Of a stretch of DNA of 64,000 nucleotides, positions 37,746 to 50,749 are shown one piece after another. The notes under the pieces are model-generated. The model was not told where the DNA came from. It worked only from the letters and a program-made list of their open reading frames with translations, and did no database searches. Origin of the DNA: Mobula hypostoma (Eukaryota); contig NW_026948187.1 in assembly GCF_963921235.1 (NCBI RefSeq), forward strand, positions 7,192,001 to 7,256,000. Direction: 5' to 3'. A program made the translations under genes and the position numbers. Every line of letters starts with the position of its first letter. The stretch's first letter is position 1.

Positions 37746-37829
37746 TCTCTCTGTCTCTTCCTCTCCGTCCTTAACTGCCTGAGAAACACCTCTGACCGTT
37801 AATTCACGGACTCTTGGGAATGTGCTTCT

Positions 37830-38871
37830 CTTGGGAATGTGCTTTGTTTCTTTTCTGGCTGATCTGAGACGGAAAAGTCAAAATACCTCTGCTCCTCAAA
37901 TCCCGAAAGGCCATGCACCTCCGGAGAGAAACCCTTGGCCAATTTCAGAGACGGCTGGGTCCGGGGGAAGTGAGGTAGAGCGCAGACTCTCCCGGTGCTC
38001 AGTTCCGGCCACCCCAACCCTACACTTCAGAAAGGGCGTAACATATCGGCCAATAGCAGCGTGGGGACGTCCGTCCATCAGGGGGGAAGGGGCAGGACCT
38101 CCCAGCCTCACTCATTTCACTCTCGTAATCGTGAAGAGAACCTTCGAGTGAAGTCTGCTCCTGCTGCTTGAGCTGATAATCTGGCTTCACGGTGAAATGT
38201 CGACCTCTTTTAACAATTCAGCAACCGTCCACCTATCCCCTAACTTTTGCTTTCCATCACTTACCTCAGCTTTTCAACGCCCTTTATTTCTGCCGTTCGT
38301 ATTTTCTGTCCATTGTTGCGTTTTTTTTCTGGCATTTCAATCACTAACCATGTTTTATTCTTCTCTTATCCTAGTTTTCCACTTAACATAGTCATCCCTT
38401 TTCATTTTCAGCCTCTCTAGATGGTCCGTATAACCCGACACTCCACCCGCTCCTAATAACGTGACAGGAAACAGATGGCGGTGGGGCTGGCCAGGGACAA
38501 GCATTTATTGACTCCATGTCACCTCGGGTTGTAGGTTCAGCCAACCTCAGTGGATAAACCCTGATTGTATTTACACGATCTGCATCCGAGCGGCGAACAA
38601 GCGCAAGGAGCGTCACGCCTTTGGAACAACGTCACGTCCATTCGCATTCTCCGCAGATCATTGGACGACGGCGAGCCAATCACATCCCGCGTTTGCTGAC
38701 ATTGTCCGCACTTGGCCACAGCCCACATCCTGTGTCGATCGGGTGGGGGCTGGACTGAGAGCTCATCTCGCTCACTGACTCCCCGCTTCTCCTAGTCCAC
38801 TGAGATCAGATACTGGGACAAGAGCCCACGTCGGGTCCACACGCGGCAGCCAAATCCCCAAAATGAGATTC
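37830..38871 (+). pseudogene. Degenerate C-promoter/leader + D-promoter module, truncated after ATGAGATTC (38863-38871)
   Basis: Paralog of 22790-23720. The family C leader remnant at ~38150-38195 lacks an ATG, and the family D leader stops after 3 codons. Confidence 0.7.
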
Positions 38872-41800
38872 GGGTCATGAACACCACCTGAGTGTCTTTT
38901 CTCTTTCCTGTTTGCCCCACATTCTTTGTTTGTCTGTGTGTGTGTGTGTGTGTGTGAGTGTGTGTGTGCGCGTGCGTGTGTGTGTGTGTGTGTGTAGCAG
39001 AATCTGTTTAAGCCTACATCTGTTTTTAATCTAACTATTTATTAAATTCCATATTAGTCTATTTGTAGATTTGACTGCTATTTTTTGTCTGCGCAGTCGT
39101 CTGTTTATTAATTTATTTGTGTATTTATTTACCTTTACTGTAATTTATCATATATTTGATCTATTGCACAACAAATTTTACGATATGTACCATTGGAAAT
39201 AACCCGGTTTCCGGTTCCGATAATGATTCGCCAACCCTCCCCTTGAGATTGGTGGCCTGGTCGCCTGCAGACCAGGGGCTGGAGTTGTAGGAGGAGCAGA
39301 GGGTGACGTAATGAGAAAGGGGAGGCATCTGGAGCGTGGAATCAGCGGAGAAGACCTGTAAATGCAAGTCAATATAGTTTGTGTCGGGCTGCATTTCCAA
39401 AATTTTTTCATGTCATGGACGAATTTAACGAAGCGGGGGGTCGGTGGTCTCCGTCTGTGGTTAATATCGCTGATTAAGGACCAGTTTGTGCTGACTTTGC
39501 GGGTTCGCATCCAGAGCGGCAGAACGGGTCTGTCATTCGGGAATTTCGCAATTTGAGCCCAGGACTTGACGCATGGAGCGGAGGGCATTGAAAACATGAA
39601 ATTTGGGTTAGTTCGTCAACCAGTGTCTGTCCCCTGCTGCTCTATTTCTCCAGCAAGGGAGCACGTGGTGTAGAATTATTTTATTTTATCCATCCGTCCA
39701 GCGGAGGACGCTATCGCACAATATGCCAGGTAATGAAATACATCCACGGTTTCTCGAAGGGGATTTCTAATTGGCCCATATCCAGTGGGTACCTGTCCCT
39801 CTACACATGGCCAACCATCCAGATACCATCCAAAAGTCGACAAACCTCGCTGTGTTCAGAGATTCACACAGATATAAAGCAGGGCATCCAGCAATCGGTA
39901 TCCATCTCTGAGGACCCTCGCCAACCCGGGACATTTCCTCTTCTCCTTCCGACCAGCGCAGCGGAGGCACAGGAGCCTGAAGAGTGAAAGGTCCTCGAGC
40001 AAGCTCTTCCCCTCCGCCATCAGAGGTCTGAAAGGTCCGTAATCCGACACACTGCGTTGTCATTCCGCTCGCTTTTTACACCACTTGTATAGTTTCCATC
40101 GCAACTGACTTCGACGAGGACGTGGAAGAGAGGGTAGTAAACTTGCGGGAAACGCGAAGCTTGGTTGTGTTGTGGGAAGTGCATCAGGTTGTCGTTGCTT
40201 ACAACGGGTCATTGGTAGGATGCAGACCTGGACAGAGAAGTGTCCGGCAGGGTTCAAACAACCAAGACAAAGGAAGGACGCGGAAGCCCTGTCACAACCA
40301 GGACTCGGCTGCGCAGCAGATTCGATAATTGTGCTCATGGATACGTATGGATGAGATAATTACTTCATTACGGTGGTATTTAGCTCCCTGCATGTCGTTA
40401 TAGTGTTTGTCTATACTCGAGCAAAGCACAGCAACGTTACGCTGCCGGCTTGCATTCGGCCGTCCCTGAGAACAGTGGACTGACTCCGAGAACCACCGGT
40501 ATTCGTTTTACGCTTGGATACTGGTTTCAGACGCGGTTCGCATCTTGTTTCATGTGTGAGAGTTTCAGTTATTAGCTCTGTTTGGCCTATCGTTTATTAT
40601 TTTCTGTTTTTTCCCCTTGAAATACTGTTCGCATTAAAGCCGCGTCTTTCTCTTTCAAGCTCTCTCAATCTCCGCATCTCCTCCCGCTCTCTCTCCATAA
40701 ATCTCTCTCTCTCTCAATCTCTCTCCGCCTCTCTCTCTCCTTCTGTCTCTCTGTCTCTCTCTCTCACTCTCACTCTCTCTCTCAATCTTTCTCTCGCTGC
40801 CCTCTCTCTGTCTCTTTCTCTCCGTCCTAATCGCCCTGAAACAACCCTCTATTTGGTCCCTATACTGTCGCCCTGCACATTATGTCCTTCTATCAAAAAG
40901 AAAGCCAAACGTCCGAAACCATCCAAAAGTCGACAATCCTTGTATTCGCAGACTCACAAGGATGTAAAGCAGTGCCTCAGAGAAGCGGTATCGATATCTG
41001 AGGGAAACGCGAAGCTTGGTTGTGTTGCGGGAAGTGCAACAGGTTGTCCTTGCTTACAACGGGTCATTGGTAGAATGCAGAGCTGGGCAGAGGAGAGTCC
41101 GGTAGGGTTGAACCAAACAACAGAAAGGACGGATGCGGGAGCCCTGTCACAACCAGGACTCGTCTGCGCGGCAGATTCGATAACCGTGCTCGTGGATATG
41201 TACGTATCAGATAATTACTTCATTACAGCGGTATTTAACTCCCTGCTTGTCGTTGTAGCTCTTGTGCATACTCGAGCAAAGCACAGCAACGTTACGCTGC
41301 CGGCTTGCATTCGGCCTTCCGTGAGAACAGTGGTTTCACTCTGAGGTACAGCGGTATTCGGTTTACACTTGGATATTCGTTTCAGACGCGGTGTTCACAT
41401 CTCGTTTCATGTGTGAGAGTTTTAGTTAATAGCTCTTTCTCTTTCAAGCTCTCTCAATCTCCCGCTTCCCCCCTCGTTCTCCATTTTCTCTCTGTCTCTC
41501 AATCTCGCTCCCCTCTCTCTATCCCCCTCTCTCTCTCTTTTCCTCTCTCTCTCATTCTCTCTCTCTCTCTCTCGCTCTCTCCTCTGTCTCTTCCTCTCCG
41601 TCCAAATCGCCCAGAGACACTGCACTGACCATTAATTCGTGGTTTCCTGGGTATGTGCTTTGTTTCTTATCTGGCTGATCTGAGAAATAAAAATCAATAT
41701 ACTGCTGTTCCTCAAATCACAAACCGCCTCGCCCCTTCTCAGAGAAATCCCCGGCCGATCTCAGACACTGCTCGGCCCGCAGCCAGTGAAGCAGAGCGCA

Positions 41801-41982
41801 GCCGCTCCCTCTACTCCGCTCCGCCCACCCCGACCCCGCCCTTCAGAACGGGCGGAGCAAATCAGCCAATAGCAGTGTGAGGACGGCCGTCCATCAGGCC
41901 GGAAAGGGCGGGGCCTCCTGTCCTCACTTATTTCACCCTCGAAGGCCTCTCGGAATCGTGAAGTCAAACCTTTGAGTGAAAT

Positions 41983-43097
41983 ATGCTGCAGTTGCTCCAG
42001 TTGATAATCTGGCTTCACGGTAAAATGTCGACCTCTTTTAATTATTCCACAACCTATTCTCTATCGTTTTCGCTCGGTCTCCACCCTCATTTTTTTCCAT
42101 CTACCTTTCTTTCTGCCGTTCCTATTTTTGGTCCACTGTTGTGTTTTTTCCCTATTGCATTTCAATCACCAAACATGTTTTACTGTTTTCTTCCCTTCCT
42201 TATCTACCTGTCGTATTCATGCCCTTCCCATCTCCTTCTATACCCATCTGCCCTTTTCTCCGTCTGCCTTTCTCCCTTTTTCCCTTAATCTTCTTCTCTT
42301 TCTCTGTCTTTCTTTTTCATTTCTGCGCTCTGTCTGCCATTATTTTTATCTCTGTATCTTCCTGTTCATCTGCTCTTTTTTATTCTCTGTTTCTCTTTTT
42401 CTCCTGCACTGACACTTTCTGCCTTTGTATCTCCTTTTCACATTTATCTCAGACTGTCTCTCTCTNNNNNNNNNNNNNNNNNNNNNNNNNNNNNNNNNNN
42501 NNNNNNNNNNNNNNNNNNNNNNNNNNNNNNNNNNNNNNNNNNNNNNNNNNNNNNNNNNNNNNNNNNNNNNNNNNNNNNNNNNNNNNNNNNNNNNNNNTCT
42601 TATCACTCGACCTATCGTATTGTCTGTATTCTGGACCCAGTGCTTTTGCTTCACAGATCTCCAACAATCATTCAATTTATTGACCATTCCCAGATATCTC
42701 TTCTGCTCCTCACAAATTTCGCCTCCCTACACTGTCCGTCTAACCCCACACTCCAGCCGCTCCCCGCTCGTCCGTTTTCCCGAATCCTCTCCCGTTCTGT
42801 AGATTATTGACCTTCCCCTTCTCCCCGTCTCAGTTCCAGGTGTGAGCCCGCAGGCCATCGTTCAGACTTATCCGGACCTCACCGAGCATCCCGGGGAAAG
42901 TGTGACTCTGAGGTGCCTCAGAAAGGGCAGCTGGAGCAGTAACGCCTTCTACTGGTACAGACAACACCCCGGGAAGGAGATTCACAACCTCTTTTACTCC
43001 GGGTCTGCCAAAAGCGTCTATCCTCAGGAGGCCATGGAAAGATTCACCGCCCGGAGACCGGATGCCGAGAAGTTCATTCTGACCTCTCCCGGCGTGG
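41983..43097 (+). pseudogene. TRBV: V11: family C V segment, 3'-truncated (no second Cys, no RSS)
   Basis: Leader 41983-42019 (MLQLLQLIIWLH); V exon from 42840 to ...FILTSPGV at ~43097, then fused to family D promoter sequence with a stop at 43136-43138. An N gap lies at 42466-42597 in the intron. Confidence 0.85.
42466..42597. other. Assembly gap (N run)
   Basis: Continuous N run at a CT microsatellite. Confidence 0.99.
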
Positions 43098-43197
43098 ATT
43101 GGGTGGGGGCTGGACTCAGAGCTCATCTAGTCCACTGACATCAGTCACTGGGACAAGAGCCCACGTCGGGCGCACACGCTGCAGCCAAATCCCCGAA

Positions 43198-43903
43198 ATG
43201 AGATTCCTCGCCCTTTTTCTGGGTCTTATTTTCAACTACTCCGGTAAGTAACGTTCACCTCGAATACACGACCTTTCAGCCAAGGATATCTTGAATTCCA
43301 CAACTCTTTAAGATTTACATTTCGATCCACTTCCATCGTCGCCTTGAATATTTGATATTTCAGTACAGTAAAATGCTTATTTGCTTCAAGAGTAGCTTCA
43401 GAAATAGATAATGCCTTGGCCAATCTACATCTACAGCTAAGCAGGGGCTAGCAAGTGGTCGCGGACAGAATGGATAGCTGGTGCTCTTTTGCGCGGTCGT
43501 CCCTCTGCTTTCCCTCACTTACCCCTCATTAACCATTTCTTCTCTCCTCTGTCTCCGGCTCCCCCTGCTCACAGACCGTTCTCTTCTCCCTGTCTTCGTG
43601 CCAGAGGCGAATTCGCAGAAGATCCATCAGACTCCGCAGGCTGTCTCCGCGCCTCCAGGGAAGGACGTTCAACTGAGCTGCACGCTATCCGAAGGCTGTA
43701 GCGATCCATACATGTTCTGGTATCGGCAATACGCGGGAGAGACTCCACAGTACCTGTTCGAATCGGCTGGCACAAACTTTGTAACTCCGGACAAAGCCGT
43801 GGAGGGATTGATCGCCAAGAGGCCTGAGGAAAAGACGTTCATTCTGAAAACCAACGACCTGCGAGCCAATCAGTCGGCCCTGTACCTCTGCGCCTGGAGT
43901 CGA
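43198..43903 (+). CDS. TRBV: V12: TRBV30-like V segment, family D, open frame
   Basis: Leader 43198-43243 (MRFLALFLGLIFNYS); V exon 43605-43903 (ANSQKIHQTP...CTLSEGCSDPYMFWYRQ...YLCAWSR). Confidence 0.9.
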
Positions 43904-43942
43904 CACAGTGACTGAGAGAAATGGGCCGACGCGACAAACACC
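43904..43942 (+). other. 23-RSS of V12 with a variant nonamer
   Basis: CACAGTG + 23 nt + ACAAACACC. Confidence 0.85.
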
Positions 43943-45618
43943 TCCACCGTCATCAAGGTAGGGAGAACAGGAAATGACGTTTGCCCTGTGGTCACGTCAC
44001 ACCCAAAAGTCGTATGGTTGACCGCAGAAGAAATTTCGAAACGGAACAGTACAGGAAATGATGTAAATTAAGCTGAGCCCATCTGCATACAGTCCATGTT
44101 CCTCCATTCCCTACTCGTTCATGTATCTGTCCATCTGTCTCTTATCACACCCGACACCTCCACCACCACTATCAGCGCGTTACAGGCAGCACCGCTCTCT
44201 GTGTAATGAAACTTGCCCCGCACATCTTGGACAAGAACTGTTCGGAAGGGAAACAGCTCCTTTCCCCAAGGCCATATGACTACTGAACTCTCTGCCGCCA
44301 CCAAGGTCTCATCACCCATGAAGCGTCAGTAGCGTTGCATTGTTTACTATCCTACGTCGGGTGTCAATGAGCCTCTGTCGTATCTGCCTTCAACACCACC
44401 ACCACCCCTCGCAACAAATTCCAGCCTCCCACTGCACTCTGTGTTGAAAATGCAAACAACTTGCCCCGCAAAAATCATTAGATCACATCGTCATTGTAAG
44501 AAAATGTTCATATTTTATTGGTTTTATTGAGGGAAACAGCACGGTAGCAGGGCTCCCGGCTCATGTGATCAGTCCCACCCACCCGAACGTCTTTAAAATG
44601 TAGGAAGCTGTGTAAATGTGTGATTGAACCGGAGGACGCCCAAGAGGTTACCTGGAGAGCGTGCAAACTCCTTACAGACAGCCGCGGAACTGAATATGAG
44701 AGCAGAAACAGCGTCTCGTTCACCGTAACGCCACTCTACCGTGCCGGCACTTTCGCTCTTCCACTCCCATGTGAGAATACGTTTCTCCAGATCACTGTCC
44801 CGTCAGTTGGCGAGAGCTCGATTAGTGGTCTGTCTCCATCCAGGCAGCATCCTCGTCAATCTCCCTCTCCCTCAGCTCGGTGACATCTTCCGCTACAGCG
44901 GGACGTCCAAACATTTACACTGTACTCCAAGTGCGAACTCACCTCAGTCTCGTACAATTGCAGCATAACCTCCCGCCTAACGTACTCAGTGTCCTGACTG
45001 ACGAGGGTCTGCGTGTAAACGCCTTCCTGGTCGCCCCGTCTACCTGTGACTGCACCTTCCATGAACCTTTTCTCTCCTCTCCATGGTCCCTCTGTTCCAC
45101 AACACTACCCAGTTCTCCAACATTCCCGTTGAAAATCATATCCCATTCCAACTACCCAAAAACATCTGCCCGTTCCGCCAGCTTCTACTGTTCTGTCCGT
45201 CCCCGTAATTGATTTTCACTTTGATCAAACCGTCTCAGTCAGTCGTGGTAATGTACGAATGTTTGCGAATACGTGGGAAAACCAGAGGAAGCCCGCGTGG
45301 TCACGGTGGAAATGAATGCGAGCGCTATAATATAGTCACGTTACCCGCTACGCTCCTCGACCATGCCGCCCTGGACTCTTCACCACTCCCATGTGAGGAT
45401 TCGTTTCCTCAATTCACTGTCTCCCCCTTTGGCAACAGCTCGATAGGTCGTTTTCATCCTCGCACCTCGAGTTAATCTGGAACGATCTCTCTGTTTCTCA
45501 GTGTCACCGGCAGACTTGCTAATGATGCCTTGCACGTGTTTTTCAACAATCTTGTGCGTGTTCAGTGCAATGCAGATCAATGGTTCTCACACATCACCTG
45601 CTTCCTGTCGCCTGCGAA

Positions 45619-45657
45619 GGTTTTTGTCGGGCCCCGGCGTGTCTCTGAGCCACTGTG
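45619..45657 (-). other. 23-RSS of V13
   Basis: Consensus heptamer and nonamer with a 23-nt spacer. Confidence 0.93.
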
Positions 45658-46935
45658 AGCACTCCAGGCGCAGTAGTAGACGGCCGACTGGTCCGGGCGC
45701 AGGCTGGTGGAGTTGAGAATGAACGTGTTTGCATCGGGTCTCCGGGCAGTGAAGCCGTCCACAGCCTCCTGCGTACTGACGGTTTTGGTCGTTATGGAAT
45801 GAAACAGGTACTGAATCTCCTTTCCTGGATATTGTCGGTACCAGTAGAGAGCATTGCTAGCGCTACCGCCGTCCAGGATGCATTCCAGCTCCACGCTCTC
45901 GCCGGGTGATTTGGACAGAGCCGGCGTGTCCTGACGAACGGACTGCGACGTCGTTCCTGGGGAGGGGAACGGGATGTGGAGAGAATTACATGAACAGAAA
46001 GACCCGTGTACCTGGGATCTATCGTTAAAGGGAAGGACGGGGTGTCGGGGAAAACAAACGAGGCGATCAGTTTGAGCAGTTTTCGAGGAATCGGTCAGTG
46101 GTAAATAACGCGAAAGAATTTGTTAAAAATAGCAATATATACGTACTAAAAAGCATAAAATATGAATATGATAATTATTTCTAAGTTCCTTGACTCATTC
46201 GGTATCCAAACGGCAGGTCCTGAATTACTGCATTCAGCAACACCGGGACCATCTTTATCTTTTTACACTGAAACAGAACTGGTTTGTCTTTTAGTCGTGA
46301 ATAGTTTATATTGACGTCATTTTTCCCCGTGAATGGTGCTCGTCTGGTGTTCTGTGCCTTTGATGCTGCCGCCCGTAAGTTGGTCAAACACAATAAATTG
46401 GACATTAACTTTGACATCGCCATGGGAACGGACCCCTTCAGCCGAACCCGTCCATGCCGTCACTGTTTACAACCGAGACCGTCCCAGCTGACCGTGTCCG
46501 GCCAATCGCCCTCTGAACCTCTCCTATCGATGCACTTCTGTACAAGTAGATGCTATTTAAACTTTGTTAACATGTCCGTCATTATTTCAAGCCACAACTA
46601 ACCATCATCATCTTATGTCCCCTTTCAATCTCTCGACTCCCACTAATAATCCCGTGCGGTCCCGTTTTAAGTACAGTACAGTTCCCTTCCCATTTTAAAT
46701 CTGTGTCTTCATCCTGGATTTTGCCGGGAATGAAATCCTAGTCCGGGCAATTGCTCCCTGATTCTTGACGCTCAGACCATTGCATTACCCTGGTAAATCT
46801 TTTCTGCACTCGTTCTAGTTTAACATCTTTCCGATAATATAGTGACCCAAACCTGGTTAATGATTGAAGAATAATTATTGTGTTAGATTATTTCTTACGT
46901 TGAAGCAACGGCGCCAGGACGAGTAACAGCAACAT
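45658..46935 (-). CDS. TRBV: V13: TRBV30-like V segment, family B, apparently intact
   Basis: Leader 46935-46899; V exon 45956-45658 (LFHSITTKTVSTQE...YYCAWSA). Confidence 0.92.
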
Positions 46936-47480
46936 CCTCTCTCCGGAATCCCTCTCTGTGTTGTGCGAGGCAGCGACTGGGGAGAAACGCCTCGACGATG
47001 CCCGCCCCTTCCGGGCAAATTGCCGCCTGCAGTCACCGTCTGGTGTGGAGGGGCCAATCGGCAGTATCGGAAAATGCTGAAGACGGGGGTCTCGGCACGA
47101 AACGTCAACTGTCTGTTCATTTCCATGTCCGCGCCCAGACCTTCTCATATTATGTGTGTTGATTCAGATTTCCAGCATCAGCAGTTTCCGGTGTTTAGAC
47201 AGCGGTGAACGCAATCAGCTCCGTCATCAGCAACAGCCTCTCCAGCATCGAGGGCATCTTCAAGGGGAGACCCTCAAAAAGGCAGCATCCGTCACCAGCG
47301 ACCCCAACCACCAAGGAGATGCCCTCTTCGCAGTACTGCCATCGGGGAGGAGGTACAGGAGACTGAAGACACATACTCAGCGGTTCAGGAACAGCTTCTG
47401 CCCCTCCGCCATCAGATTTCTGATCGGAAAATGAACGTATCAACACTACCTCAGTAATCTTCCCTCTTGTGTTTGCAATA

Positions 47481-47529
<49 letters not shown>

Positions 47530-49800
47530 TAATACAATGTTTCTGCTGAATTATTTCCGCGTTTTTTTTTTCATCTGACTATTTATTTATCTCGGCTTTA
47601 GTCTATTTACTGTTTGTTTCGCTGCGCGGTCGTCCGTCTCTCTATCTATTTGTTTATTTCTATTTATATTTATTGTCTTTTTGAGTAAATTTGATATATT
47701 ACAGCGGATTTCTAACTTCAACTAACTATTATCATCTGAAGTCCCCTTTCAATCTCTCGCCTCCTATTAATAATCCCGTGCCGTCCGGTTTAAAGTATCA
47801 GTCCCCGTCCCGTTTTAAATCTGTGTCCTCATCCTCGACTTTCCCAAAATGAAATCCTAGTCCAGACAATTTCTCCCTGATTCTTTATGCTCGGACCATT
47901 GCATTACCCTGGTAAATCTTTTCTGCACTGGTTCTAGTTTAACATCTTTCCGATAATAGAGTGACCCAAACCCGGTTACTGATTGAATATTAATTATTGT
48001 CTTAGGTGATTCCTTGCGCTGAAACAACGGCGCCAGGACGAGTAACAGCAGCATCCTATCTCCGGAATCCCTCTCTGTGTTGTGCGTGGTAGCGTCTGGG
48101 GAAAACCCCCGCCCATTCCGGGCATATTACCGGCTGCGGTCTCCTTCTGGTGTGGCGGGGCCAATACGCGGTATGAAGAGGTGGGACTCGGCCCGAAACG
48201 TCGACGATATGTTCGTTTCCATATCTGCGCCCTGATCCGCTCGGTTCCTGCAGCATTTCCATCATTTGCAGACTTCCACGTGTTTAGAGCGTCATAAACT
48301 TCACTAAATCCATCAACAACTGTAGCCTGCCCAGCATCGACGACAGCTTCAACAGGCGAACCTCAGTAAGATAGCATCCAGCATCGACGACCCCCGCCGC
48401 CTCGGACAGGGTCTCTTCTCATTACTACCATCAAGGAGGAGGTACAGGGGGCTGAAGACACATATTCATTGATTCAGGAACTTCTTCCCCTGCTTTCCGA
48501 CTGGCGCTTGAACCCATGAACACCACCTCGTTTGTTTGAACTGCACTGTTTCTGTGTGTGTGTGTGTGTGCGCGTGTGTGTGTGTGTGTGTGTCTTGTAT
48601 CTGTCTGTCTGTCTGTTTAATGACATATGTGTTTCTTTATCTAACGATTTATTTATTTATTTCCGCATTGGTCTTTTTATGTATTTATATGCTATTTATT
48701 GTTTGTTTGTTTGTTGATCTGCGCAGTCGTTTATTTATTTATAATTGCTGTCATTTACAGTATATTTCAGCTATTGAACCGGACTGCTGGCAAACCAACA
48801 ATGGATCGGCTGCCCGGCCGCCAGGAGAGCGGGAGCAAGTGTTGCAGGAGGAGCGGATGGTGACGGGATCTGATTGAGCCGGGAGTGGGGGTGGACTCAG
48901 CGGAGAAGAGCTGTCAGTGCAAGTCGATGTTGATCGTCTCGCCGTATGCACTTTGTAACACGCACACAATGCCGGAGAAACAGCGTCTTATACTCCACTG
49001 GGTAGCCTGCAGCCTGATGCATGAATATTGATTTCTCTGACTTCCGGTAATGACACCACCCTCTCCCGCCCCCACCTGAGCCACTCCGCATCTCCTTTTC
49101 CCTAGACTTTGAGCAGAGGAGATGAAACATTATGTTATAGTTATATAAGTCGTTGATGAGGCTACTCTCAAGAAATGTGCGCATTTGTCAGGGGAAGGGG
49201 TTGTGTCAGTGCCATAGTAACTTTGAGGAAGCAAATGGAGGGGGTAGCATTGGGAAATTTCGGTTCGCTTGTTGGCACGGTTGGGCCAGTCTCCGTGCCG
49301 TTCTGATTTATGACTCTACTTGGGGAGCAAGTGGTTAGAATTTACTTGATTTTATACATCCGTCCAGCGGAGGGCGCTATAGCACCGTGCGCAACGCAAT
49401 GAAGGTGACCCATAGCTTCTCAAAGGGGATTTCTATTTGGTCCCTATACTGTCCCCCTGCACATTATGTCCTTCTATCAAAAAGAAAGCCAAACGTCCGA
49501 AACCATCCAAAAGTCGACAATCCTTGTATTCTTAGATTCACGAGGATGTAAAGCAGTGCCTCAGAGAAGCGGTATCGATACCTGAGGGAAACGCGAAGCT
49601 TGGTTGTGTTGCGGGAAGTGCAACAGGTTGTCCTTGCTTACAACGGGTCATGGTGAGAATGCAGAGCTGGACAGAGGAGAGTCCGGTAGGGTTGAACCAA
49701 ACAACAGAAAGGACGGATGCGGGAACCCTGTCACAACCAGGACTCGTCTGCTCGGCAGATTCGATAATTGTGCTCGTGGATACGTACGGGTCAGATAAAA
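46122..49800. repeat. Left arm of a ~3.7-kb inverted duplication
   Basis: Mirrored ORF pairs (47857-48054/59314-59511, 48536-48877/58491-58832, 49153-49338/58030-58215, 49604-49798/57570-57764) share a coordinate sum of ~107368. Confidence 0.92.
48018..48054 (-). pseudogene. Orphan family B leader with a GC donor
   Basis: MLLLLVLAPLFQ then C|GCAAGG. The intron is truncated at ~47700 and no V exon of its own follows. Confidence 0.75.
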
Positions 49801-50749
49801 TACTTCATTACAGCGATATTTAACTCCCTGCTTGTCGTTGTAGCTCTTGTGCATACTCGAACAAAACAGAGCGACGCTACGCTGCCGACCTGCATTCGGC
49901 ATTCGGTGAGAACAGTGGACTGACTCTGGACTTTGAGCATAGGAGTTGAAAATATTATGCTGCAGTTATATAAGTCGTTGACGAGGCCACTCTCAAGTAA
50001 TGTGCGCATTTTTTGTTACCCTGTTGGTGGAAAACGTGCTTAATCCCCAGAGAGTGCAGGGAAGATGTCATCGTGAATCAAGGTCAACAGTTCCACGGAG
50101 AAGAATGCATCCTTGACATGTCGGAGAAAGAGGAGATTCCATGCAGAGATTCTTATCCTGTTGTCACACTGTTGCAGGAAAACAGGATTGAGCTAGAGAG
50201 AGAGTGCAGAAAATATGTTGTCACGACAAGACGTCCTCACTGACAGTGAGACGTCTGCCGGCTAGGTCCTTATCCCTTGGCGTCTCTGAGAATGCCTCGT
50301 GACCCGAGAGGAATGCAGAATAATTATGACGGGCGCACTGTGGATAAGGTGGTCGATGGCAGACTTTATTCTGCAGGGAAGGGGAGTCCACAGCTTGATG
50401 GAGTGTCAGAGGCTTACGGTGAGAGGGAAGACATTTATAACGGTCGGGAGAAGGTGACGAGCCTATGGAACGACTTGCCAGGGGAAGGAATGGAGGCAGT
50501 GCCACAGTAACTTTGAGGAAGCAAATGGAGGGGCGGAGGATGGCATTGGAAAATTTGGGTTCGCTTGTTGGCACGGTTGGGCCAGTCTCTGTGCTGTTCT
50601 GCTCTATGACTCTATTTGGGGAGCAGGTGAGTATGAATTTCCTTGATTTTATACATCCGTCCTGCGGGGGGCGCTATCTCACCGTGCCCCAGGCATTGAA
50701 GATGACCCATTGCTTCTCAAAGGGGATTTCTATTTGGTCCCTATCAATA

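Noticed and set aside
42840-43903. Tandem two-V-domain receptor (NAR-TCR/TCR-mu-like) from V11 + V12
   Set aside because: V11 lacks Cys104 and has an in-frame stop at 43136-43138 before the next donor, and there are no intervening D/J segments.
26850-47110. Hammerhead-like relics upstream of family B promoters (e.g. 26856-26890, 47077-47106)
   Set aside because: Core words remain, but helix I/II pairing or the core register is broken. They are best explained as decayed Penelope-derived repeat co-duplicated with the cassette.
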